Shown here piece after piece: positions 41,770 through 55,500 of a stretch of DNA of 64,000 nt. A model generated the notes under the pieces. It was not told the DNA's origin. It did no database searches and was given only the letters and a program-made list of their open reading frames with translations. Numbering within the stretch: position 1 is the first letter of the stretch; every line of letters begins with the position of its first letter. Location of the stretch: assembly GCA_964057225.1 (NCBI GenBank), contig OZ059896.1:21948001-22012000 (forward strand). Reading direction: 5' to 3'. The position numbers were made by a program, and so were the translations under genes. The stretch is from Auanema rhodensis. Taxonomy: Eukaryota; Animalia; Nematoda.

Positions 41770-43524
41770 TCGAAAAAATTTTTGTCAAAATGTTTTTGGA
41801 AGCAATGTTGAGTGTACATGGAAACTCAACATACACTAATGCATCATGTTTCAAACGATCATAACTAATTTTTGTATTAAGCGTTTCTCAAGGTAGTATA
41901 GTGCATTCGATGCGGATTTTTAAGCTGCGTCGATCTGTGTTATCAGATTTGCGCTAGCTTAAAAATGCACCGAGATATCAACTGATATAAGTTCACACTT
42001 ATAACCTCGATTTTCACCCTGAAGAATTAATTTTTTCGTCGAATAACATTGTTCATCGTCTTTGCTTTGAAAAAAGGAATCTAAAAACATCTACTTTTTG
42101 CTAAATTATTTTGAAATTTTTCGAAAAAATTTTTGTCAAAATGTTTTTGGAAGCAATGTTGAGTGTACATGGAAACTCAACATACACTAATGCATCATGT
42201 TTCAAACGATCATAACTAATTTTTGTATTAAGCGTTTCTCAAGGTAGTATAGTGCATTCGATGCGGATTTTTAAGCTGCGTCGATCTGTGTTATCAGATT
42301 TGCGCTAGCTTAAAAATGCACCGAGATATCAACTGATATAAGTTCACACTTATAACCTCGATTTTCACCCTGAAGAATTAATTTTTTCGTCGAATAACAT
42401 TGTCCATCGTCTTTGCTTTGAAAAAAGGAATCTAAAAACATCTACTTTTTGCTAAATTATTTTGAAATTTTTCGAAAAAATTTTTGTCAAAATGTTTTTG
42501 GAAGCAATGTTGATTGTACATGGAAACTCAACATACACTAATGCATCATTTTTCAAACGATCATAACTAATTTTTGTATTAAGCGTTTCTCAATGTAGTA
42601 TAGTGCATTCGATGCGGATTTTTAAGCTGCGTCGATCTGTGTTATCAGATTTGCGCTAGCTTAAAAATGCACCGAGATATCAACTGATATAAGTTCACAC
42701 TTATATCCTCGATTTTCACCCTGAAGAATTAATTTTTTCGTTGAATAACATTGTCCATCGTCTTTGCTTTGAAAAAAGGAATCTAAAAACATCTACTTTT
42801 TGCTAAATTATTTTGAAATTTTTCGAAAAAATTTTTGTCAAAATGTTTTTGGAAACAATGTTGAGTGTACATGGAAACTCAACATACACTAATGCATCAT
42901 TTTTCAAACGATCATAACTAATTTCTGTATTAAGCGTTTCTCAATGTAGTATAGTGCATTCGATGCGGATTTTTAAGCTGCGTCGATCTGTGTTATCAGA
43001 TTTGCGCTAGCTTAAAAATGCACCGAGATATCAACTGATATAAGTTCACACTTATATCCTCGATTTTCACCCTGAAGAATTAATTTTTTCGTTGAATAAC
43101 AATGTCCATCGTCTTTGCCTTGAAAAAAGGAATCTAAAAACATCTACTTTTTGCTAAATTATTTTGAAATTTTTCGAAAAAATTTTTGTCAAAATGTTTT
43201 TGGAAGCAATGTTGAGTGTACATGGAAACTCAACATACACTAATGCATCATTTTTTAAACGATCATAACTAATTTTTGTATTAAGCGTTTCTCAATGTAG
43301 TATAGTGCATTCGATGCGGATTTTTAAGCTGCGTCGATCTGTGTTATCAGATTTGCGCTAGCTTAAAAATGCACCGAGATATCAACTGATATAAGTTCAC
43401 ACTTATATCCTCGATTTTCACCCTGAAGAATTAATTTTTTCGTCGAATAACATTGTCCATCGTCTTTGCTTTGAAAAAAGGAATCTAAAAACATCTACTT
43501 TTTGCTAAATTATTTTGAAATTTT
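33697..43524. repeat. 14-monomer (4914 bp) tandem duplication containing the dimer HOR
   Basis: ATTGTTCATC occurs at 37139 and 42053. TATAACCTC occurs at 37090 and 37441, then at 42004 and 42355. GTTGATTG occurs at 37600 and 42514. The offset is 4914 in every case. Confidence 0.87.
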
Positions 43525-46500
43525 TCGAAAAAATTTTTGTCAAAATGTTTTTGGAAGCAATGTTGAGTGTACATGGAAACTCAACATACACTAATGCATC
43601 ATGTTTCAAACGATCATAACTAATTTTTGTATTAAGCGTTTCTCAAGGTAGTATAGTGCATTCGATGCGGATTTTTAAGCTGCGTCGATCTGTGTTATCA
43701 GATTTGCGCTAGCTTAAAAATGCACCGAGATATCAACTGATATAAGTTCACACTTATAACCTCGATTTTCACCCTGAAGAATTAATTTTTTCGTCGAATA
43801 ACATTGTCCATCGTCTTTGCTTTGAAAAAAGGAATCTAAAAACATCTACTTTTTGCTAAATTATTTTGAAATTTTTCGAAAAAATTTTTGTCAAAATGTT
43901 TTTGGAAACAATGTTGAGTGTACATGGAAACTCAACATACACTAATGCATCATTTTTCAAACGATCATAACTAATTTCTGTATTAAGCGTTTCTCAATGT
44001 AGTATAGTGCATTCGATGCGGATTTTTAAGCTGCGTCGATCTGTGTTATCAGATTTGCGCTAGCTTAAAAATGCACCGAGATATCAACTGATATAAGTTC
44101 ACACTTATATCCTCGATTTTCACCCTGAAGAATTAATTTTTTCGTTGAATAACAATGTCCATCGTCTTTGCCTTGAAAAAAGGAATCTAAAAACATCTAC
44201 TTTTTGCTAAATTATTTTGAAATTTTTCGAAAAAATTTTTGTCAAAATGTTTTTGGAAGCAATGTTGAGTGTACATGGAAACTCAACATACACTAATGCA
44301 TCATTTTTTAAACGATCATAACTAATTTTTGTATTAAGCGTTTCTCAATGTAGTATAGTGCATTCGATGCGGATTTTTAAGCTGCGTCGATCTGTGTTAT
44401 CAGATTTGCGCTAGCTTAAAAATGCACCGAGATATCAACTGATATAAGTTCACACTTATAACCTCGATTTTCACCCTGAAGAATTAATTTTTTCGTCGAA
44501 TAACATTGTCCATCGTCTTTGCTTTGAAAAAAGGAATCTAAAAACATCTACTTTTTGCTAAATTATTTTGAAATTTTTCGAAAAAATTTTTGTCAAAATG
44601 TTTTTGGAAGCAATGTTGATTGTACATGGAAACTCAACATACACTAATGCATCATTTTTCAAACGATCATAACTAATTTTTGTATTAAGCGTTTCTCAAT
44701 GTAGTATAGTGCATTCGATGCGGATTTTTAAGCTGCGTCGATCTGTGTTATCAGATTTGCGCTAGCTTAAAAATGCACCGAGATATCAACTGATATAAGT
44801 TCACACTTATATCCTCGATTTTCACCCTGAAGAATTAATTTTTTCGTTGAATAACATTGTCCATCGTCTTTGCTTTGAAAAAAGGAATCTAAAAACATCT
44901 ACTTTTTGCTAAATTATTTTGAAATTTTTCGAAAAAATTTTTGTCAAAATGTTTTTGGAAACAATGTTGAGTGTACATGGAAACTCAACATACACTAATG
45001 CATCATTTTTCAAACGATCATAACTAATTTCTGTATTAAGCGTTTCTCAATGTAGTATAGTGCATTCGATGCGGATTTTTAAGCTGCGTCGATCTGTGTT
45101 ATCAGATTTGCGCTAGCTTAAAAATGCACCGAGATATCAACTGATATAAGTTCACACTTATATCCTCGATTTTCACCCTGAAGAATTAATTTTTTCGTTG
45201 AATAACAATGTCCATCGTCTTTGCCTTGAAAAAAGGAATCTAAAAACATCTACTTTTTGCTAAATTATTTTGAAATTTTTCGAAAAAATTTTTGTCAAAA
45301 TGTTTTTGGAAGCAATGTTGAGTGTACATGGAAACTCAACATACACTAATGCATCATTTTTCAAACGATCATAACTAATTTTTGTATTAAGCGTTTCTCA
45401 ATGTAGTATAGTGCATTCGATGCGGATTTTTAAGCTGCGTCGATCTGTGTTATCAGATTTGCGCTAGCTTAAAAATGCACCGAGATATCAACTGATATAA
45501 GTTCACACTTATATCCTCGATTTTCACCCTGAAGAATTAATTTTTTCGTTGAATAACAATGTCCATCGTCTTTGCCTTGAAAAAAGGAATCTAAAAACAT
45601 CTACTTTTTGCTAAATTATTTTGAAATTTTTCGAAAAAATTTTTGTCAAAAAGTTTTTGGAAGCAATGTTGAGTGTACATGGAAACTCAACATACACTAA
45701 TGCATCATTTTTCAAACGATCATAACTAATTTTTGTATTAAGCGTTTCTCAATGTAGTATAGTGCATTCGATGCGGATTTTTAAGCTGCGTCGATCTGTG
45801 TTATCAGATTTGCGCTAGCTTAAAAATGCACCGAGATATCAACTGATATAAGTTCACACTTATATCCTCGATTTTCACCCTGAAGAATTAATTTTTTCGT
45901 CGAATAACATTGTCCATCGTCTTTGCTTTGAAAAAAAAAATCTAAAAACATCTACTTTTTGCTAAATTATTTTGAAATTTTTCGAAAAAATTTTTGTCAA
46001 AATGTTTTTGGAAGCAATGTTGAGTGTACATGGAAACTCAACATACACTAATGCATCATGTTTCAAACGATCATAACTAATTTTTGTATTAAGCGTTTCT
46101 CAATGTAGTATAGTGCATTCGATGCAGATTTTTAAGCTGCGTCGATCTGTGTTATCAGATTTGCGCTAGCTTAAAAATGCACCGAGATATCAACTGATAT
46201 AAGTTCACACTTATATCCTCGATTTTCACCCTGAAGAATTAATTTTTTCGTCGAATAACATTGTCCATCGTCTTTGCTTTGAAAAAAGGAATCTAAAAAC
46301 ATCTACTTTTTGCTAAATTATTTTGAAATTTTTCGAAAAAATTTTTGTCAAAAAGTTTTTGGAAGCAATGTTGAGTGTACATGGAAACTCAACATACACT
46401 AATGCATCATGTTTCAAACGATCATAACTAATTTTTGTATTAAGCGTTTCTCAATGTAGTATAGTGCATTCGATGCGGATTTTTAAGCTGCGTCGATCTG

Positions 46501-49500
46501 TGTTATCAGATTTGCGCTAGCTTAAAAATGCACCGAGATATCAACTGATATAAGTTCACACTTATATCCTCGATTTTCACCCTGAAGAATTAATTTTTTC
46601 GTTGAATAACATTGTCCATCGTCTTTGCTTTGAAAAAAGGAATCTAAAAACATCTACTTTTTGCTAAATTATTTTGAAATTTTTCGAAAAAATTTTTGTC
46701 AAAATGTTTTTGGAAGCAATGTTGAGTGTACATGGAAACTCAACATACACTAATGCATCATGTTTCAAACGATCATAACTAATTTTTGTATTAAGCGTTT
46801 CTCAAAGTAGTATAGTGCATTCGATGCGGATTTTTAAGCTGCGTCGATCTGTGTTATCAGATTTGCGCTAGCTTAAAAATGCACCGAGATATCAACTGAT
46901 ATAAGTTCACACTTATATCCTCGATTTTCACCTTGAAGAATAAATTTTTTCGTTGAATAACAATGTCCATCGTCTTTGCTTTGAAAAAAGGAATCTAAAA
47001 ACATCTACTTTTTGCTAAATTATTTTGAAATTTTTCGAAAAAATTTTTGTCAAAATGTTTTTGGAAGCAATGTTGAGTGTACATGGAAACTCAACATACA
47101 CTAATGCATCATGTTTCAAACGATCATAACTAATTTTTGTATTAAGCGTTTCTCAAAGTAGTATAGTGCATTCGATGCGGATTTTTAAGCTGCGTCGATC
47201 TGTGTTATCAGATTTGCGCTAGCTTAAAAATGCACCGAGATATCAACTGATATAAGTTCACACTTATATCCTCGATTTTCACCCTGAAGAATAAATTTTT
47301 TCGTTGAATAACAATGTCCATCGTCTTTGCTTTGAAAAAAGGAATCTAAAAACATCTACTTTTTGCTAAATTATTTTGAAATTTTTCGAAAAAATTTTTG
47401 TCAAAATGTTTTTGGAAGCAATGTTGAGTGTACATGGAAACTCAACATACACTAATGCATCATGTTTCAAACGATCATAACTAATTTTTGTATTAAGCGT
47501 TTCTCAAAGTAGTATAGTGCATTCGATGCGGATTTTTAAGCTGCGTCGATCTGTGTTATCAGATTTGCGCTAGCTTAAAAATGCACCGAGATATCAACTG
47601 ATATAAGTTCACACTTATATCCTCGATTTTCACCCTGAAGAATTAGTTTTTTCGTTGAATAACAATGTCCATCGTCTTTGCCTTGAAAAAAGGAATCTAA
47701 AAACATCTACTTTTTGCTAAATTATTTTGAAATTTTTCGAAAAAATTTTTGTCAAAATGTTTTTGGAAGCAATGTTGAGTGTACATGGAAACTCAACATA
47801 CACTAATGCATCATTTTTTAAACGATCATAACTAATTTTTGTATTAAGCGTTTCTCAATGTAGTATAGTGCATTCGATGCGGATTTTTAAGCTGCGTCGA
47901 TCTGTGTTATCAGATTTGCGCTAGCTTAAAAATGCACCGAGATATCAACTGATATAAGTTCACACTTATATCCTCGATTTTCACCCTGAAGAATTAATTT
48001 TTTCGTCGAATAACATTGTCCATCGTCTTTGCTTTGAAAAAAGGAATCTAAAAACATCTACTTTTTGCTAAATTATTTTGAAATTTTTCGAAAAAATTTT
48101 TGTCAAAATGTTTTTGGAAGCAATGTTGAGTGTACATGGAAACTCAACATACACTAATGCATCATGTTTCAAACGATCATAACTAATTTTTGTATTAAGC
48201 GTTTCTCAATGTAGTATAGTGCATTCGATGCGGATTTTTAAGCTGCGTCGATCTGTGTTATCAGATTTGCGCTAGCTTAAAAATGCACCGAGATATCAAC
48301 TGATATAAGTTCACACTTATATCCTCGATTTTCACCCTGAAGAATTAATTTTTTCGTCGAATAACATTGTCCATCGTCTTTGCTTTGAAAAAAGGAATCT
48401 AAAAACATCTACTTTTTGCTAAATTATTTTGAAATTTTTCGAAAAAATTTTTGTCAAAAAGTTTTTGGAAGCAATGTTGAGTGTACATGGAAACTCAACA
48501 TACACTAATGCATCATGTTTCAAACGATCATAACTAATTTTTGTATTAAGCGTTTCTCAATGTAGTATAGTGCATTCGATGCGGATTTTTAAGCTGCGTC
48601 GATCTGTGTTATCAGATTTGCGCTAGCTTAAAAATGCACCGAGATATCAACTGATATAAGTTCACACTTATATCCTCGATTTTCACCCTGAAGAATTAAT
48701 TTTTTCGTTGAATAACATTGTCCATCGTCTTTGCTTTGAAAAAAGGAATCTAAAAACATCTACTTTTTGCTAAATTATTTTGAAATTTTTCGAAAAAAGT
48801 TTTGTCAAAATGTTTTTGGAAACAATGTTGAGTGTACATGGAAACTCAACATACACTAATGCATCATTTTTCAAACGATCATAACTAATTTCTGTATTAA
48901 GCGTTTCTCAATGTAGTATAGTGCATTCGATGCGGATTTTTAAGCTGCGTCGATCTGTGTTATCAGATTTGCGCTAGCTTAAAAATGCACCGAGATATCA
49001 ACTGATATAAGTTCACACTTATATCCTCGATTTTCACCCTGAAGAATTAATTTTTTCGTTGAATAACAATGTCCATCGTCTTTGCCTTGAAAAAAGGAAT
49101 CTAAAAACATCTACTTTTTGCTAAATTATTTTGAAATTTTTCGAAAAAATTTTTGTCAAAATGTTTTTGGAAGCAATGTTGAGTGTACATGGAAACTCAA
49201 CATACACTAATGCATCATTTTTCAAACGATCATAACTAATTTTTGTATTAAGCGTTTCTCAATGTAGTATAGTGCATTCGATGCGGATTTTTAAGCTGCG
49301 TCGATCTGTGTTATCAGATTTGCGCTAGCTTAAAAATGCACCGAGATATCAACTGATATAAGTTCACACTTATATCCTCGATTTTCACCCTGAAGAATAA
49401 ATTTTTTCGTTGAATAACAATGTCCATCGTCTTTGCTTTGAAAAAAGGAATCTAAAAACATCTACTTTTTGCTAAATTATTTTGAAATTTTTCGAAAAAA

Positions 49501-52500
49501 TTTTTGTCAAAATGTTTTTGGAAGCAATGTTGAGTGTACATGGAAACTCAACATACACTAATGCATCATGTTTCAAACGATCATAACTAATTTTTGTATT
49601 AAGCGTTTCTCAAAGTAGTATAGTGCATTCGATGCGGATTTTTAAGCTGCGTCGATCTGTGTTATCAGATTTGCGCTAGCTTAAAAATGCACCGAGATAT
49701 CAACTGATATAAGTTCACACTTATATCCTCGATTTTCACCCTGAAGAATAAATTTTTTCGTTGAATAACAATGTCCATCGTCTTTGCTTTGAAAAAAGGA
49801 ATCTAAAAACATCTACTTTTTGCTAAATTATTTTGAAATTTTTCGAAAAAATTTTTGTCAAAATGTTTTTGGAAGCAATGTTGAGTGTACATGGAAACTC
49901 AACATACACTAATGCATCATGTTTCAAACGATCATAACTAATTTTTGTATTAAGCGTTTCTCAAAGTAGTATAGTGCATTCGATGCGGATTTTTAAGCTG
50001 CGTCGATCTGTGTTATCAGATTTGCGCTAGCTTAAAAATGCACCGAGATATCAACTGATATAAGTTCACACTTATATCCTCGATTTTCACCCTGAAGAAT
50101 TAGTTTTTTCGTTGAATAACAATGTCCATCGTCTTTGCCTTGAAAAAAGGAATCTAAAAACATCTACTTTTTGCTAAATTATTTTGAAATTTTTCGAAAA
50201 AATTTTTGTCAAAATGTTTTTGGAAGCAATGTTGAGTGTACATGGAAACTCAACATACACTAATGCATCATTTTTTAAACGATCATAACTAATTTTTGTA
50301 TTAAGCGTTTCTCAATGTAGTATAGTGCATTCGATGCGGATTTTTAAGCTGCGTCGATCTGTGTTATCAGATTTGCGCTAGCTTAAAAATGCACCGAGAT
50401 ATCAACTGATATAAGTTCACACTTATATCCTCGATTTTCACCCTGAAGAATTAATTTTTTCGTCGAATAACATTGTCCATCGTCTTTGCTTTGAAAAAAG
50501 GAATCTAAAAACATCTACTTTTTGCTAAATTATTTTGAAATTTTTCGAAAAAATTTTTGTCAAAATGTTTTTGGAAGCAATGTTGAGTGTACATGGAAAC
50601 TCAACATACACTAATGCATCATTTTTCAAACGATCATAACTAATTTTTGTATTAAGCGTTTCTCAATGTACTATAGTGCATTCGATGCGGATTTTTAAGC
50701 TGCGTCGATCTGTGTTATCAGATTTGCGCTAGCTTAAAAATGCACCGAGATATCAACTGATATAAGTTCACACTTATATCCTCGATTTTCACCCTGAAGA
50801 ATTAATTTTTTCGTTGAATAACAATGTCCATCGTCTTTGCCTTGAAAAAAGGAATCTAAAAACATCTACTTTTTGCTAAATTATTTTGAAATTTTTCGAA
50901 AAAATTTTTGTCAAAATGTTTTTGGAAGCAATGTTGAGTGTACATGGAAACTCAACATACACTAATGCATCATTTTTTAAACGATCATAACTAATTTTTG
51001 TATTAAGCGTTTCTCAATGTAGTATAGTGCATTCGATGCGGATTTTTAAGCTGCGTCGATCTGTGTTATCAGATTTGCGCTAGCTTAAAAATGCACCGAG
51101 ATATCAACTGATATAAGTTCACACTTATATCCTCGATTTTCACCCTGAAGAATTAATTTTTTCGTCGAATAACATTGTCCATCGTCTTTGCTTTGAAAAA
51201 AGGAATCTAAAAACATCTACTTTTTGCTAAATTATTTTGAAATTTTTCGAAAAAATTTTTGTCAAAATGTTTTTGGAAGCAATGTTGAGTGTACATGGTA
51301 ACTCAACATACACTAATGCATCATTTTTTAAACGATCATAACTAATTTTTGTATTAAGCGTTTCTCAATGTAGTATAGTGCATTCGATGCGGATTTTTAA
51401 GCTGCGTCGATCTGTGTTATCAGATGTGCGCTAGCTTAAAAATGCACCGAGATATCAACTGATATAAGTTCACACTTATATCCTCGATTTTCACCCTGAA
51501 GAATTAATTTTTTCGTCGAATAACATTGTCCATCGTCTTTGCTTTGAAAAAAGGAATCTAAAAACATCTACTTTTTGCTAAATTATTTTGAAATTTTTCG
51601 AAAAAATTTTTGTCAAAATGTTTTTGGAAGCAATGTTGAGTGTACATGGAAACTCAACATACACTAATGCATCATTTTTCAAACGATCATAACTAATTTT
51701 TGTATTAAGCGTTTCTCAATGTAGTATAGTGCATTCGATGCGGATTTTTAAGCTGCGTCGATCTGTGTTATCAGATTTGCGCTAGCTTAAAAATGCACCG
51801 AGATATCAACTGATATAAGTTCACACTTATATCCTCGATTTTCACCCTGAAGAATTAATTTTTTCGTTGAATAACAATGTCCATCGTCTTTGCCTTGAAA
51901 AAAGGAATCTAAAAACATCTACTTTTTGCTAAATTATTTTGAAATTTTTCGAAAAAATTTTTGTCAAAATGTTTTTGGAAGCAATGTTGAGTGTACATGG
52001 AAACTCAACATACACTAATGCATCATTTTTTAAACGATCATAACTAATTTTTGTATTAAGCGTTTCTCAATGTAGTATAGTGCATTCGATGCGGATTTTT
52101 AAGCTGCGTCGATCTGTGTTATCAGATTTGCGCTAGCTTAAAAATGCACCGAGATATCAACTGATATAAGTTCACACTTATATCCTCGATTTTCACCCTG
52201 AAGAATTAATTTTTTCGTCGAATAACATTGTCCATCGTCTTTGCTTTGAAAAAAGGAATCTAAAAACATCTACTTTTTGCTAAATTATTTTGAAATTTTT
52301 CGAAAAAATTTTTGTCAAAATGTTTTTGGAAGCAATGTTGAGTGTACATGGAAACTCAACATACACTAATGCATCATGTTTCAAACGATCATAACTAATT
52401 TTTGTATTAAGCGTTTCTCAAGGTAGTATAGTGCATTCGATGCGGATTTTTAAGCTGCGTCGATCTGTGTTATCAGATTTGCGCTAGCTTAAAAATGCAC

Positions 52501-55500
52501 CGAGATATCAACTGATATAAGTTCACACTTATATCCTCGATTTTCACCCTGAAGAATTAATTTTTTCGTCGAATAACATTGTCCATCGTCTTTGCTTTGA
52601 AAAAAGGAATCTAAAAACATCTACTTTTTGCTAAATTATTTTGAAATTTTTCGAAAAAATTTTTGTCAAAATGTTTTTGGAAGCAATGTTGAGTGTACAT
52701 GGAAACTCAACATACACTAATGCATCATGTTTCAAACGATCATAACTAATTTTTGTATTAAGCGTTTCTCAAGGTAGTATAGTGCATTCGATGCGGATTT
52801 TTAAGCTGCGTCGATCTGTGTTATCTGATTTGCGCTAGCTTAAAAATGCACCGAGATATCAACTGATATAAGTTCACACTTATATCCTCGATTTTCACCC
52901 TGAAGAATTAATTTTTTCGTCGAATAACATTGTCCATCGTCTTTGCTTTGAAAAAAAGAATCTAAAAACATCTACTTTTTGCTAAATTATTTTGAAATTT
53001 TTCGAAAAAATTTTTGTCAAAATGTTTTTGGAAGCAATGTTGAGTGTACATGGAAACTCAACATACACTAATGCATCATTTTTCAAACGATCATAACTAA
53101 TTTTTGTATTAAGCGTTTCTCAATGTAGTATAGTGCATTCGATGCGGATTTTTAAGCTGCGTCGATCTGTGTTATCAGATTTGCGCTAGCTTAAAAATGC
53201 ACCGAGATATCAACTGATATAAGTTCACACTTATATCCTCGATTTTCACCCTGAAGAATTAATTTTTTCGTTGAATAACATTGTCCATCGTCTTTGCTTT
53301 GAAAAAAGGAATCTAAAAACATCTACTTTTTGCTAAATTATTTTGAAATTTTTCGAAAAAATTTTTGTCAAAATGTTTTTGGAAACAATGTTGAGTGTAC
53401 ATGGAAACTCAACATACACTAATGCATCATTTTTCAAACGATCATAACTAATTTCTGTATTAAGCGTTTCTCAATGTAGTATAGTGCATTCGATGCGGAT
53501 TTTTGAGCTGCGTCGATCTGTGTTATCAGATTTGCGCTAGCTTAAAAATGCACCGAGATATCAACTGATATAAGTTCACACTTATATCCTCGATTTTCAC
53601 CCTGAAGAATTAATTTTTTCGTTGAATAACAATGTCCATCGTCTTTGCCTTGAAAAAAGGAATCTAAAAACATCTACTTTTTGCTAAATTATTTTGAAAT
53701 TTTTCGAAAAAATTTTTGTCAAAATGTTTTTGGAAGCAATGTTGAGTGTACATGGAAACTCAACATACACTAATGCATCATTTTTCAAACGATCATAACT
53801 AATTTTTGTATTAAGCGTTTCTCAATGTAGTATAGTGCATTCGATGCGGATTTTAAAGCTGCGTCGATCTGTGTTATCAGATTTGCGCTAGCTTAAAAAT
53901 GCACCGAGATATCAACTGATATAAGTTCACACTTATATCCTCGATTTTCACCCTGAAGAATTAATTTTTTCGTTGAATAACAATGTCCATCGTCTTTGCC
54001 TTGAAAAAAGGAATCTAAAAACATCTACTTTTTGCTAAATTATTTTGAAATTTTTCGAAAAAATTTTTGTCAAAAAGTTTTTGGAAGCAATGTTGAGTGT
54101 ACATGGAAACTCAACATACACTAATGCATCATTTTTCAAACGATAATAACTAATTTTTGTATTAAGCGTTTCTCAATGTAGTATAGTGCATTCGATGCGG
54201 ATTTTTAAGCTGCGTCGATCTGTGTTATCAGATTTGCGCTAGCTTAAAAATGCACCGAGATATCAACTGATATAAGTTCACACTTATATCCTCGATTTTC
54301 ACCCTGAAGAATTAATTTTTTCGTTGAATAACAATGTCCATCGTCTTTGCCTTGAAAAAAGGAATCTAAAAACATCTACTTTTTGCTAAATTATTTTGAA
54401 ATTTTTCGAAAAAATTTTTGTCAAAATGTTTTTGGAAGCAATGTTGAGTGTACATGGAAACTCAACATACACTAATGCATCATTTTTCAAACGATCATAA
54501 CTAATTTTTGTATTAAGCGTTTCTCAATGTAGTATAGTGCATTCGATGCGGATTTTTAAGCTGCGTCGATCTGTGTTATCAGATTTGCGCTAGCTTAAAA
54601 ATGCACCGAGATATCAACTGATATAAGTTCACACTTATATCCTCGATTTTCACCCTGAAGAATTAATTTTTTCGTTGAATAACATTGTCCATCGTCTTTG
54701 CTTTGAAAAAAGGAACCTAAAAACATCTACTTTTTGCTAAATTATTTTGAAATTTTTCGAAAAAATTTTTGTCAAAATGTTTTTGGAAACAATGTTGAGT
54801 GTACATGGAAACTCAACATACACTAATGCATCATTTTTCAAACGATCATAACTAATTTCTGTATTAAGCGTTTCTCAATGTAGTATAGTGCATTCGATGC
54901 GGATTTTTAAGCTGCGTCGATCTGTGTTATCAGATTTGCGCTAGCTTAAAAATGCACCGAGATATCAACTGATATAAGTTCACACTTATATCCTCGATTT
55001 TCACCCTGAAGAATTGATTTTTTCGTTGAATAACATTGTCCATCGTCTTTGCTTTGAAAAAAGGAATCTAAAAACATCTACTTTTTGCTAAATTATTTTG
55101 AAATTTTTCGAAAAAATTTTTGTCAAAATGTTTTTGGAAGCAATGTTGATTGTACATGGAAACTCAACATACACTAATGCATCATTTTTCAAACGATCAT
55201 AAATAATTTCTGTATTAAGCGTTTCTCAATGTAGTATAGTGCATTCGATGCGGATTTTTAAGCTGCGTCGATCTGTGTTATCAGATTTGCGCTAGCTTAA
55301 AAATGCACCGAGATATCAACTGATATAAGTTCACACTTATATCCTCGATTTTCACCCTGAAGAATTGATTTTTTCGTTGAATAACATTGTCCATCGTCTT
55401 TGCTTTGAAAAAAGGAATCTAAAAACATCTACTTTTTGCTAAATTATTTTGAAATTTTTCGAAAAAATTTTTGTCAAAATGTTTTTGGAAGCAATGTTGA

